A stretch of 61,023 nt of DNA, filler included, from Stramenopiles sp. TOSAG23-3 (lineage: Eukaryota): NCBI GenBank assembly GCA_900128585.1. It is 14 parts of 14 records of this genome, joined end to end, with 100 filler letters (N's around TTAATTAATTAA, not from the genome) between each part and the next. Parts side by side here need not be neighbours in the genome. Positions count along the whole stretch, not along the records: positions 48,068 to 52,321 come from LT643894.1; positions 52,422 to 56,674 come from LT643895.1; positions 56,775 to 61,023 come from LT643896.1; 11 more parts are not named here. One strand, written 5' to 3'. A program made the translations under genes and the position numbers. A model generated the notes under the pieces. It saw only the letters and a program-made list of their open reading frames with translations, ran no database searches and was not told the origin of the DNA. The stretch's first letter is position 1. Each line of letters starts with the position of its first letter. This document shows, piece by piece, positions 50,614-61,023 of this stretch.

Positions 50614-51984
50614 TTACAGCGGAAGTTCGAACGATACGCCTACTTGAATCTCTTGTGCCTGCGTGACAATGTCCGCAATGCGGACCGCTTTTTCGGCGGC
50701 ATCGTCGAGGTCGTCTGCCAAGATCATGCGAAATCCACTGGCATCGATCAATTGCTTTGCTTCCTCGACGTTCGTGCCTTGCAAACGTACGATGACTGGC
50801 TTTCCCATTCCGATGGCACCGGCCGCTTGAACAATCCCTTGTGCGATGACATCGCATCTCATGATCCCCCCAAAGATATTGACAAGAATGCACTTGACTT
50901 CTTTGTCTGCATTCAATATTTCGAACGCCTTGGTGACCTGGTTCGCCGTGGCACCGCCACCAACGTCGAGGAAGTTCGCTGGGCTGCCGCCATGCAGCTG
51001 AATAATGTCCATCGTGGCCATGGCCAACCCGGCGCCGTTGACCAAGCAGCCAATGCTTCCGTCCAAGCCAATGTAGTTCAAGTCGTACTGGGCGGCCTCC
51101 ACCTCTCGGTTGTCCTCCTGGGTGCGGTCGCGGAAGGCATAGATGTCCTTTTGGCGGTACTCCGCGTTGTCGTCGAAGTTGAGTTTGGAGTCACAGACGA
51201 AAACTTTCCCGTCGGCCGTTTCCGCGAACGGGTTAATTTCCACCTGGGTCGCGTCCGTCTCGATGAAAAGGTTGTAGAGCTTGGCCATGATGTCCGCGGC
51301 CATCTCCTGCTGCTCCCCTTGGAAGCCCATGTTCTCCGCCAGGCGCATGACTTGCTCCGTTTGGACACCTTTCATGATGTCTATGGGCTCTTTAAAAATA
51401 CGCTCTGGGGTCGCTGCGGCAACGTCCTCAATGTTCATACCGCCATCTGGGCTGGCGACCATGACGGGGCCGTTGCTGCCGCGGTCCATAAGGATCGAAA
51501 AGTACGTCTCCCTGCGCAAATACAAGCGTTCCATAAGAAAGACCTTGTTCACGGGCTTCCCGTCCGCCCCGGTTTGTTTCGTGACCAGGTTCTCGCCGAG
51601 CATCTTCTTCGCAAAATCGTACGCCTCGTCAGCGTTCGTGCACATGTGAACCCCACCCTTGAAGCCGTTCTTGAACGTGCCCTTTCCGCGCCCCCCAGCT
51701 AACACTTGGGCCTTTATGACCACGTCCGGGCTCCCTGTTCCTAGTCTACCAGACTCGTAAATCTCGCGTGCTTCTTCCGGGGTGCTGGCCGTGGCCCCCG
51801 CGGGCACGGCGATCCCACGCTCTCGCATGATGTCGATGCCGACGTACTCGTGGACGTTCAAGGACCGGGTTTGCTGGTTGTTCGGGGTCGAAAAGACACC
51901 GTTTTGCGCAGCGGCGAACTGGCGTGGCAAAGCGCTGTGGTTGAGCGCTCGCCTGGTTGCGTTTCTCGCGGCGGAGAACAACAT
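50614..51984 (-). CDS. sucC: Mitochondrial succinyl-CoA ligase beta subunit
   Basis: Presequence; [68 protein letters not shown]. Confidence 0.97.
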   Translation of the reverse strand: MLFSAARNATRRALNHSALPRQFAAAQNGVFSTPNNQQTRSLNVHEYVGIDIMRERGIAVPAGATASTPEEAREIYESGRLGTGSPDVVIKAQVLAGGRGKGTFKNGFKGGVHMCTNADEAYDFAKKMLGENLVTKQTGADGKPVNKVFLMERLYLRRETYFSILMDRGSNGPVMVASPDGGMNIEDVAAATPERIFKEPIDIMKGVQTEQVMRLAENMGFQGEQQEMAADIMAKLYNLFIETDATQVEINPFAETADGKVFVCDSKLNFDDNAEYRQKDIYAFRDRTQEDNREVEAAQYDLNYIGLDGSIGCLVNGAGLAMATMDIIQLHGGSPANFLDVGGGATANQVTKAFEILNADKEVKCILVNIFGGIMRCDVIAQGIVQAAGAIGMGKPVIVRLQGTNVEEAKQLIDASGFRMILADDLDDAAEKAVRIADIVTQAQEIQVGVSFELPL

Positions 51985-52259
51985 ATTGTGCTGGACAGAA
52001 GGGTAATATAGTAGTTTATGGTTGACTTTCTACTGAAACAAAAGTAACACGCTCTACCGTTATCTGTTTCTTTTTCTTTTTTCGTGTGTATGTATGTGTG
52101 TTGCCTGCATATGTAAACTTCACTTCTTCTTTTTGTTCACAAACACCATTATTATTTTAATAATTTACTTATAATAATAATAATAATATAATAATTTATT
52201 AAGAAAAGATATAATATATAGACGACTATTATAATATAGTAATAAAAATAGGGTACGAA

Positions 52260-52319
<60 letters not shown>

Positions 52320-52321
52320 AA

Positions 52322-52421
52322 NNNNNNNNNNNNNNNNNNNNNNNNNNNNNNNNNNNNNNNNNNNNTTAATTAATTAANNNNNNNNNNNNNNNNNNNNNNN
52401 NNNNNNNNNNNNNNNNNNNNN
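52322..52421. other. Artificial contig spacer (preceded by (AAAG)n)
   Basis: 44N-TTAATTAATTAA-44N. Confidence 0.99.
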
Positions 52422-53323
52422 ATTTTCTTGGCCTCTTCTTTAACGTCTTCGTCTTATTCTTACTCTTCTACCCGTGCGCCCACGAGCAAATGTTGCGCCT
52501 TCAGGTTGGAGAAAAAACAAACAATTGGTTGTCTCGTACTGTTGGGGGCTTTTGTTATCATCGCTAAGTGCAATGTGAGTGCAACATTAAAGGTTTCTCT
52601 TCCAGAAGATTGTAGTTTTTATCAATTATATTTCATATATTACTCACATTAGACCAGAAAAATAGTAATAAAAGAAGAACCGTTTCGAGTCAACAAGTTC
52701 ACTCAAGCTTCGAAGTAATCAATTATCACTGCCACCATGTGACACTTTAGAATACCATTTAACTACAATCACCATTGTTTTAGTAAAAAGAAAGCAATGT
52801 GTGGTAATTTTAATTTTATATTTGTATCTTAAATATATATATAACAAATATTATTTCAAAGGTACCAGCCTTAATTATCAAAGTGAAGCTATTCATTTTC
52901 CATTAACATTGCTACAGCATATAGTATCATTTCATTATTTTCCGTGTTTGATATGTTTACCTCTAACATCAAGATAGCACCTCTTAAAAAATTGTTTCAC
53001 AGCCAGCAGATATTCCTGAGAGCTACGAGGATATATCTCATAGGATTCTTCGCTAATTATTTAATTCTCAAATCATTTATTAAACAGGAGAGAGGGGTAT
53101 TTTTCTACTAAAACTTTACCAGTAATTTATTTGAAAAAACAAAAATAAATGCATATGAACTAATAACCAAGACAAATGCAGTGTTGCGTTTTTTGATTAT
53201 TACATTTTTATCTTTTTTTAATATTCTTCAAGAACATGTGTACGTACAACAAAACTGATCGTTCGTTTGCAGAAACAGTACCAATTAATAATATCCCCCG
53301 CGCAAATAACTGTTGGACCAAAT

Positions 53324-56300
53324 TCATTTTCTCTCACTTGTAACCATTTGTAGAATAGGGTTTTGGAACGATGCGCGATCGTTACCAGCCAAAGAGTCCG
53401 ACGAAAGAATCAGAGCAGAAGCCTTATACTTTGATCGTTTCGCTTTGGTAGCTCCACGGTCTACATGCATATTGGCTTGCTTCCGACACTGGTCCTTGTA
53501 TAGTGATCGCAATATCTTTGCAATCTTCGAGAACGAAGGGCGTCGCGATGCAGATTGTTGCCAGCAGTCCGACATCAAGTTGCACACCTTTGAGTGTATG
53601 CAGCTCTTCTTAAACTCACTGGGCACCGGCAATGTCAGGTTTGGACGGCCACCATGCTCGACAGAACCAAAAATATCCTCCAAGCACTGTGCATCAGACC
53701 AGGGCAGTCTTCCCTCCACAAGTTCGTACAATACGCATCCAAAACTATATACGTCTACCTCTTTACCACCGACAGCAACGTCACTCATCCTGCTCGTAAT
53801 CAATTCTGGCGCCATCCAAGGGGCGCTACCGGCAAATGCGGTCATTTCCATCTTCGTGTCCATCGATCGTTTTTGGGGTGCGCTTAACGAAATGGCCGGT
53901 CCCGGACCCGTCGTCCCCAGCCCTGACCATGAATTAGACCGCCCAGAAAATGACTTGGACAGCCCAAAGTCGGCAATTTTGCAACGCCCCATTTCATCTC
54001 TCAATATGTTTGCGCTTTTCAGATCACGGTGAATCCAATCTCGGGAGTGCAAATATTCCATACCTTCCGCGATGTCCATTGCGCTTCGCACTCGCGTTTC
54101 CCAAGGGTAAGCCCCTTCGTAGTCATTCGAAGCTACCGCAGTCCCAATAAACTCCATCAAGTCTTCACCCGCAAGAAACTCCGTCACCATGAACGAACAA
54201 TTGCGAGATTTTAAAACTCCCGAACCGAAAAACAAGACCAAACGAGGGTGACGAATCCTCTGCATCAAGAGCATCTCGGCGTCGTCCAAAGCAGCCGCTC
54301 TTTCCCCAGGGGCAAAAGGTATCAATTTGATGGCCACTGGCGTGTCCTTCAACGGCGCCCATTTGCCTTTAAAGACGTCCCCGTACGATCCAGACCCAAC
54401 TTTGGCCCCCAGCGTGATTTCGCTCTCCTGGATGCTCCAGCCTTCTTGCGCCTTTTGAGTCTGGATCTTTTCGTGTCGCAGCTGCATTTCTTTTTCAGAC
54501 AAGGCGGAAAGCAACCATTTCTGCCTTTTTCGGTGCCACACAGATAGGGAGATTGTGATCACCAGTAATAGGACGACAAATATCAAAATCGAATATAAAA
54601 AAACGCTGTTTTCTTCTTCTTCTTCTTCTTTGACGGGGAGCAGTTCGCAGTGCTTACCGTCTTTTGACAGCTGTGTTCCGTCCACACAACTGGACCGAAA
54701 GAAATACGTAGACGCAGAGGCTACCGTTCCACATTCTTCTCCCCCAAAGACAACGACTTCAACCGATTGGCCCGTGCCAGGACCAGTTCCAATGCGCGCA
54801 ATTTTCCCAAACTTAGAATCCAACGGTTTTCTGGCTGAATCAATATTTTTCCAGTGACGCTTACCAGCTGCGTCGAACCAAAGGATCCAAGTTTCGGTAA
54901 GATCCTTTTTTTCATAGTCGATCCCTCCGTACATAACAAATGTGTTTGGAGTGTGGAGAGGGGCGAGCAAAGGGTGATAGCGCCGTGCAGGCACTTTGAG
55001 ACTTTCGCTATTCTGATTGCTCTGGATTCTTCGCCAAGCTTCTGTGTCGTAGTTGAATTCCCACAAATCATTGTAAATTGAGCCACCGCATACGCCCCCG
55101 AACAGAATTGCTTTGTTTTCCCCGAATGAGGCCATGGCGTGACGGCACCGCGGTTCAGGAGAATCCCCGGAAATTTCCTTCCATTCCATCGTTGACGCAG
55201 AGAACACCCAAGTGTCCTGTCCACATCTTGTGCCCGGCGGCATGACCCCGGCAAACAAAACGACAGCTTTCCGCTCAACAATTGCTGCCATTGCATAATA
55301 TGCCCGCCCTTCCGGGGATTTGGTGAGATTTAACTTTTTCCATTGACCAACGCTGTCGCCTTTCTTCAGACTTAAAGTGTACGTCTCGTCGTAGAATCTT
55401 GATTTGTAACGCCCGCCAAAAACCAAAGCTTTTCCTGGCTCGAGGTAAGCTGCGGCGCTTGCCATTCTGATAGACGGCTGTGTTCCAGGAACCATAGGCC
55501 TAACAATGGACCAAAACTTGTCCTTACGGCTGTATTTCCACGCTAGACTGTTATAGTTGCGGTCCGGAGCGTCCGTATTGTCGAGTCCACGTTTCAATCC
55601 CCCAATGGCCACAACGCTATCGTCGTCAATTCGGGCCATGGCATGAAAAGTTAACCCACTTGGTTCGGGGCCTATGTCCATGGCCTTCCATTCATTTCCT
55701 ACTAATTTTAAGAAGACGTTAGAAGAGGTTAATATTTCGGATGCTATGGTTTTCCCCATGAGAAAGAAATTCGACCCAAAAAAGTTCATCCGACCTTTTT
55801 CAGTTGACTCGCCAACGTTTCCAGTGGAAATTCGGTTCCACGACAAGGCGGACACGGTGAAGACCCAAGTATCAATGAAGTCCGTTCCATCGCCCTTACC
55901 GCCGTTTAAAATGACATGAGTGCCATTGGACGCCATTGACATTGACGATATTTTCGGTGGCCAAGGCTTTTGTAGCGGCACTTGTTGCCACGCATTGCCT
56001 GAAAATAGCCAAGCATCGTTCATGTGCTCAGGGTTTCTTTTGCCATCGCTGCCTCCGAAAAGGAATGGCCCAAGGTCCGTCGGTACAATACGATGTCCTG
56101 TTCTACCTGATGGTCCCGCGACAACATCCAACACAGTCCATGCATCAGCATGACAGTCGTACAACCAAGTTGTGTTGCGTAATTCCCCCGTACTCCTCGC
56201 ATCAGAATAATGAAAGCTTCTCGCTGCAAATCCCCCCCCAAAGAGAAGAATATGGGTATGGTTCAACTTTGCAACCTCTACGCCCTTCATGTACGGCATG

Positions 56301-56674
56301 CTGCTTCCAAGCGCGGCGTTCCGCCACGCATTGCTTTTCGCGCTGTATATCCATGTCCCCTTTAAAGATTTATAATACTTATCCACCCCTCCCACAAGAA
56401 GGATTTCATCATCGCGTACGGGGGCCAAGCCAAAAGCAAACCTGGAACCAGGGGAGACGCCTTGAGGTTCCTGTATCCGAAGGCTATAATTTCCTTCCGC
56501 ATTGCCCTCGAGGACCATGGAGAACGGCCTGCCAATAAGCCCGCCATAAATGAGGGCATAGCTGCCATCATTTGCACTCGCAAAGTTGAAATATACGCGG
56601 CCAAAAGGATCACTATAATTAAACTTCTCCCACTGGTTCAATCTATACCCTTCAGCAGACCACAGAAGGCAGAG
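53324..56674 (-). CDS. Kelch-repeat receptor-like TKL kinase, 5'-truncated
   Basis: About a dozen Kelch units (LxFGG..DTW), single TM FLYSILIFVVLLLVITISLSVW followed by HRKR, kinase VGSGSYG, VAIK, HRDLKSAN, DFG, WMAPE. Confidence 0.88.
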   Translation of the reverse strand, partial: LCLLWSAEGYRLNQWEKFNYSDPFGRVYFNFASANDGSYALIYGGLIGRPFSMVLEGNAEGNYSLRIQEPQGVSPGSRFAFGLAPVRDDEILLVGGVDKYYKSLKGTWIYSAKSNAWRNAALGSSMPYMKGVEVAKLNHTHILLFGGGFAARSFHYSDARSTGELRNTTWLYDCHADAWTVLDVVAGPSGRTGHRIVPTDLGPFLFGGSDGKRNPEHMNDAWLFSGNAWQQVPLQKPWPPKISSMSMASNGTHVILNGGKGDGTDFIDTWVFTVSALSWNRISTGNVGESTEKGRMNFFGSNFFLMGKTIASEILTSSNVFLKLVGNEWKAMDIGPEPSGLTFHAMARIDDDSVVAIGGLKRGLDNTDAPDRNYNSLAWKYSRKDKFWSIVRPMVPGTQPSIRMASAAAYLEPGKALVFGGRYKSRFYDETYTLSLKKGDSVGQWKKLNLTKSPEGRAYYAMAAIVERKAVVLFAGVMPPGTRCGQDTWVFSASTMEWKEISGDSPEPRCRHAMASFGENKAILFGGVCGGSIYNDLWEFNYDTEAWRRIQSNQNSESLKVPARRYHPLLAPLHTPNTFVMYGGIDYEKKDLTETWILWFDAAGKRHWKNIDSARKPLDSKFGKIARIGTGPGTGQSVEVVVFGGEECGTVASASTYFFRSSCVDGTQLSKDGKHCELLPVKEEEEEENSVFLYSILIFVVLLLVITISLSVWHRKRQKWLLSALSEKEMQLRHEKIQTQKAQEGWSIQESEITLGAKVGSGSYGDVFKGKWAPLKDTPVAIKLIPFAPGERAAALDDAEMLLMQRIRHPRLVLFFGSGVLKSRNCSFMVTEFLAGEDLMEFIGTAVASNDYEGAYPWETRVRSAMDIAEGMEYLHSRDWIHRDLKSANILRDEMGRCKIADFGLSKSFSGRSNSWSGLGTTGPGPAISLSAPQKRSMDTKMEMTAFAGSAPWMAPELITSRMSDVAVGGKEVDVYSFGCVLYELVEGRLPWSDAQCLEDIFGSVEHGGRPNLTLPVPSEFKKSCIHSKVCNLMSDCWQQSASRRPSFSKIAKILRSLYKDQCRKQANMHVDRGATKAKRSKYKASALILSSDSLAGNDRASFQNPILQMVTSERK

Positions 56675-56774
56675 NNNNNNNNNNNNNNNNNNNNNNNNNN
56701 NNNNNNNNNNNNNNNNNNTTAATTAATTAANNNNNNNNNNNNNNNNNNNNNNNNNNNNNNNNNNNNNNNNNNNN
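56675..56774. other. Artificial contig spacer
   Basis: 44N-TTAATTAATTAA-44N. Confidence 0.99.
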
Positions 56775-57865
56775 CTGAACGGATGTCTTTCACCATAACC
56801 GTTCCAGCTTCAGTTCCATCTGTTTTCCATAACTCTCTTCCATTGATTCCATCCGTGGCTTGGAAATACAGTTCCCCCTTGAAGGGCGTGAAATCTGATG
56901 GATAACTACCGTATGTTCCTGAACGGATGTCTTTTACCATAACCGTTCCAGCTTCAGTTCCATCTGTTTTCCATAACTCTCCTCCATTGAATCCATATCC
57001 CCCATTATCGGCTTGGAAATACAGTTCCCCATTGAAGGGCGTGAAAGAAGATGGAGAACTACCGTATCTTCCTGAATAGATGTCTTTTACCATAACCGTT
57101 CCAGCTTCAGTTCCATCTGTTTTCCATAACTCTCCTCCATTGATTCCATCATCGGCTCCGAAATACAGTTCCCCATTTAAGGGCGTGAAAGAAGATGGAG
57201 AACTACTAGCGTCTGAACGGATGTCTTTCACCATAACCGTTCCAGCTTCAGTTCCATAGTTCCCCATTGAAGGGCGTAAGATAAGTCGGAGAACTAAAAG
57301 AACTTCCTGGATTGATGTCTTTCACCATAACCGTTCCAGCTTCCGTTCCATCTGTTTTCCATAACTCTCCTCCATTGATTCCATTCGTGGCTTGGAAATA
57401 CAGTTCCCCATTGAAGGGCGTGAAAGAAGATGGATAACTACCAGCGTTTCTTCCTGGATTGATGTCTTTCACCATAACCGTTCCAGCTTCCGTTCCATCT
57501 GTTTTCCATAACTCATATCCATTGCTTAAACCACCATTGGCGCGGAAATACAGTTCCCCATTGAAGGGCGTAAGATCCTTCGGATAACTACCAGAACTTC
57601 CTGGATTGATGTCTTTCACCATAACCGTTCCAGCTTCCGTTCCATCTGTTTTCCATAACTCCTCTCCGGTGGTTAATGAATCCCAAGCTCTGAAATACAG
57701 TTCCCCATTGAAGGGGACCCCTTGATAGCTTGATCCAAAGTCTGATCCCATGTTTTTTACCTTTTCCACGACCGTCGCGTTATAGCTACCGTCTTGAGCA
57801 GTGCTCTGCCGTACGACGCACAGGAGCAAGAACAACTTGGTCAGCAAAGATCTTATGAAGGGCAT
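56775..57865 (-). CDS. Secreted ELWxxDGT-repeat protein; frameshift near 57258; 3'-truncated
   Basis: Signal peptide, six intact ELWKTDGTEAGTVMVKDI units and one internally deleted unit that shifts the frame. Confidence 0.85.
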
Positions 57866-58875
57866 TTTGGTTTATAATATGAAGAATTTCTTGTTGAGAA
57901 CGGCTGTGATGTTGATGCGCAAGAAGATACAAAGTGTCACAGATTACAGATAGGCCCAGAGATCTAATGAGCGTAGGTGTACATCACATACACCAGTAGG
58001 CAACACCAACACAAAACAAATGTATCAAGAGCTTGCCAAACGAGCATTACCTTCAATTAATGGCTTGCCAAACGAGAGCATACAGTACACACAGCACATA
58101 TAATAATAGTATATGCTGTATAGAAAATAGTTTTAACATAAATTGAATGGACGGAATTGCTATCTTTGCTATCCCCATATTTTCGTCTGCCTTCCTCCTC
58201 CATTTTTCCTGCTATAATTAGAAATGTATGTATGATGTGATTACAAGGGACAATCACAATTAGTTGATAAAAAAAATATCACCTTAAAATAAATAGCCCG
58301 AAAATTTTATTTATTGTAAAAATGGGAAATTTGAATCGTTCCTTACGCACGCGGGAATGAGCAATAATTCTCTTCATATTAAATTATCATTAAAAATACT
58401 AGACGACTATAATCAAAACAGTAGTCTATTTTATAATGTTAATACGAACGTTTTGATATCGTATCTTCTGAAGGCACTTCATTACGGTAAGGTTATTAAT
58501 TGGCCTCGTATTGTGTACGATCGTACAATCACCTGGTATTTATATAGTCTAATATCTTTTGTGAAATAAGTGCTGTGCCTTTGTAAATAAATATATAGTC
58601 CTAATAGCCTGGGGCCTGCCTCAACTGGGAGTATGCAAAAACCTGAGCAACCAACAAATCCAACTAATGAAATGAATTCCCCTTTCTTTTATTCTGTGTT
58701 TATTATGTATAAGTGGCCAATAAGAGGTAAGAGGTGGTGGCTTTTTATTTTATTTATTGTACGGTAATACCGGTGTAATATTACCTACCAGGAACACGAA
58801 TAATATTTCATCCGTACTCCCCTCTCTCCTCTCTCATGCCTTCTTTNNNNNNNNNNNNNNNNNNNNNNNNNNNNN

Positions 58876-58972
58876 TTCTTCTTCTTCTTCTTCTTCTTCT
58901 TCTTCTTTCTTCTTCTTCTTCTTCTTCTTCTTCTTCTTCTTCTTCTTCTTCTTCATCTTCATCTTCTTCTTC
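58876..58972. repeat. (TTC)n microsatellite beside an internal 29-N gap
   Basis: Direct reading. Confidence 0.9.
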
Positions 58973-59462
58973 TTTCTTTTTTAAAAATAAATTAGAAGAA
59001 CAACGAACATTCCTCCTATATTTTTATAACGTCCGGCTGTGGTATTTCTTTCTACTACCGGACCTGGTCCTTTCTATTATTATACCGGTACCGTAGTACT
59101 ATAGACACAAGGTGGTTTTGAACGTATTCGTCAAAAACCGAAGAGAAAAAAAATTATTATTCTTGCTGTGTTGATGTATTTGTTGATGTTAATTTATTTC
59201 AACCCAACTTTAATCCGACGATTTTTTTTTAGACGATTATTATATTATTATATCATCATATTTAATCATTATTCCAATGCAACGAATCATCCGATCGTTT
59301 CAAATGTTTGTATGACTGTTGATATTAAAAGTTGGAATTTTATCTTTCTTTCGGGTAAATAAACAGTCAATAAAGTAGTGTTAGGCAAAAAAGAACACAC
59401 AAAAATTCTCGATTTTCGTTGCGAAATAGAGTTTGTTGCGCCAAGAGAAATACATTTCTGTC

Positions 59463-60764
59463 ATGGCTAAAGTAACCGCGGGCGATCAAGTCTCGGAACG
59501 GTTGACGGACCATGAAATGAAACAGATGACTATTGGTCCGGCGATTACGACCGTCACATTTTGTCGGGGTGATATCAACGCGGTGACCGTGGTGTTGAAA
59601 GAGAGGCTCCTTTCGATCGTTCAAGCCAACCCTTGGCTGGCGGGTAGACTGGTCAAGGAAGGGGGGAAACTGTTCAACCGGTTTCCTAAAGCCGTTACCT
59701 CCGTGGAAGAATGCTGGAACCCCTCGACGCGTGGAGGGAAGACACTCCCCATTCCCGTCGTAGACTCGACAATGGACTACTTTACGGTGTGTCAGGTGCT
59801 TGGGGGCTCCGCGGCGGAGATTATGAAAGGTTCCTCGTGCATTGGAAAGGATTGCCTGTTGTTTGCACTTTCCATTGTTCCGGATGCGAAGCGCCCTTCG
59901 GACACGTTTGCGCTTGTCATCTCCGGGTCCCATGTGATTATCGACGGCTTCACGTACTACAAACTGCTCAGTATGCTCTGCGATGGCGCCGAAATCAAAG
60001 CGATGAACCCGGTCCGAAAGCATGAAATCATGGAGCAGAGCAAGCAGGCGATGGGCGAGAAAGAATCAGCGTTCGCAAATGGCGGTGGAGTCCTCTGCAA
60101 CGTCCTTGGGGGGTTGATGTGCGGCAGCAAGCCGCTTATCGAGTCCTTCTATGTCGACAAGGAAAAAGTCAACGCGTTGAAGGCTCAAAAAGGCAACGGC
60201 GTGGATTTCGTCTCGACGAACGACGTACTAACAAGCCAATTTGGGAACGCCACCAACGCGGACTTCTTGCTGATGCCCTTGAACTTCAGGGAAAAGCTAC
60301 CATTGTTTACCACCGACGATGCTGGGAACTACGAAGGGGCGCTTGTATTTTTGAAAGAGGACTATGCCGACGCGTCGCTGATCCGAAAGAGCCTGCAGAG
60401 CGGCCCCCCGCGTTACTTACGGGGTGGCAGCGCGACGCCCGGGGCGCTGCCCGGGTGTTGCAAGGCGTGCAAGGGAAGGATGGCAATGGTAACGAACTGG
60501 ACGTTTCCCTTCTTTTCCGAGCTAAAAATCGAAGGCTGCCAACAGATGCTCCACCTCCCCCTGTGCGACGTGAAAATGGTGCCCTTCGAAGTTGGAGTGG
60601 TCTACCGCCCTCGTGCCGGCGAGATTGCCGTTACCTTTTTTGTCCGATCCCTGGACCGGGACACGATCCTAAAGACGATGCCCATGGAAAAATTAGTGCC
60701 CTCTGCCGAGGAGTGCCTGGCAAATGCCCAGGCCGCGACGGGTGCCAACGGGAACGACAAATGA
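59463..60764 (+). CDS. HXXXD-type CoA-dependent acyltransferase fold protein
   Basis: NPWLAGRL, SHVIIDGFTYY (HxxxDG), FVSTNDVLTS, LMPLNFR, AGNY, VTNW; ATG at 59463. Confidence 0.75.
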   Translation: MAKVTAGDQVSERLTDHEMKQMTIGPAITTVTFCRGDINAVTVVLKERLLSIVQANPWLAGRLVKEGGKLFNRFPKAVTSVEECWNPSTRGGKTLPIPVVDSTMDYFTVCQVLGGSAAEIMKGSSCIGKDCLLFALSIVPDAKRPSDTFALVISGSHVIIDGFTYYKLLSMLCDGAEIKAMNPVRKHEIMEQSKQAMGEKESAFANGGGVLCNVLGGLMCGSKPLIESFYVDKEKVNALKAQKGNGVDFVSTNDVLTSQFGNATNADFLLMPLNFREKLPLFTTDDAGNYEGALVFLKEDYADASLIRKSLQSGPPRYLRGGSATPGALPGCCKACKGRMAMVTNWTFPFFSELKIEGCQQMLHLPLCDVKMVPFEVGVVYRPRAGEIAVTFFVRSLDRDTILKTMPMEKLVPSAEECLANAQAATGANGNDK

Positions 60765-60793
60765 ATTAAAAAATACGAACAAGTTAAGAAAAC

Positions 60794-61011
60794 CACAGGA
60801 GCAGAAATAAATTCGCAGTACATGAAGGAAGTAAAACTTTACCGGACATAAAGTTAAAAACGAAAAACTGGCTGTTATCATAGTTTTATTAAGAGAGTGT
60901 GTAATTAAAAAAATGGTCTTCTTCATGTACCACGAATGTGAATCTGTTCTTTTGTCCATTAAAGGTTTACGTTCCTTCATGTACTGCGAACTTATCTCTG
61001 CTCCTCCTGTG
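60794..61011. mobile_element. ~220-bp inverted-repeat element (MITE-like) of the dispersed family
   Basis: Imperfect ~55-bp arms with perfect 19-bp core TTCGCAGTACATGAAGGAA (60812-60830) / TTCCTTCATGTACTGCGAA (60972-60990); internal AAAACGAAAAACTGGCTGTT; mobility is inferred only. Confidence 0.6.
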
Positions 61012-61023
61012 ATTTAACTAAAA

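Noticed and set aside
50584..51702. 372-aa ORF antisense to succinyl-CoA ligase beta
   Set aside because: Shadow ORF of a conserved, codon-biased gene; no recognisable motifs
43711..56674. Signalling or glycolipid gene cluster (CNBD, GT61, GH30, receptor kinase)
   Set aside because: The genes span three different contigs brought together only by size sorting

Overview
This is not one locus. It is 14 short eukaryotic contigs joined by identical 100-bp artificial spacers (44 N + TTAATTAATTAA + 44 N). Contig lengths never increase along the window (4288, 4288, 4285, 4271, 4268, 4266, 4263, 4262, 4260, 4258, 4258, 4254, 4253, 4249 bp), so neighbourhood across spacers is meaningless and many genes are truncated. 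The source looks like an intron-poor protist with GC-richer coding blocks and very AT-rich, microsatellite-rich intergenic DNA. A stramenopile-like origin is only a guess from gene content such as the 7TM-TKL kinase. Recognisable genes: TrmH/SpoU methyltransferase, P2X receptor, Get2/CAML-like protein, acyl-CoA oxidase/dehydrogenase, WASHC4, 7TM-TKL kinase, Pcc1, KH protein, MAT1-like protein, PX-GOLD protein, purple acid phosphatase, PLD-superfamily enzyme, EEP hydrolase, IQ/Tudor/EF-hand protein, CNBD fragment, GT61 fragment, GH30 glucosylceramidase, succinyl-CoA ligase beta, Kelch receptor kinase, ELWxxDGT repeat protein and an HXXXD acyltransferase. Most notable: (1) unusual domain fusions or insertions (ElonginC + ElonginA-like BC-box + LRR; MAT1 with an inserted WWE-like domain; EEP hydrolase with an inserted ubiquitin-like fold and MGAT5-like Cys modules); (2) a tRNA-sized tandem repeat with anticodon-arm-like hairpins (CAC, TCA); (3) a MITE-like repeat family found just 3' of genes; (4) a contig with a perfect 79-bp terminal inverted repeat. 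All family assignments are from motif recognition by eye; no searches were run.
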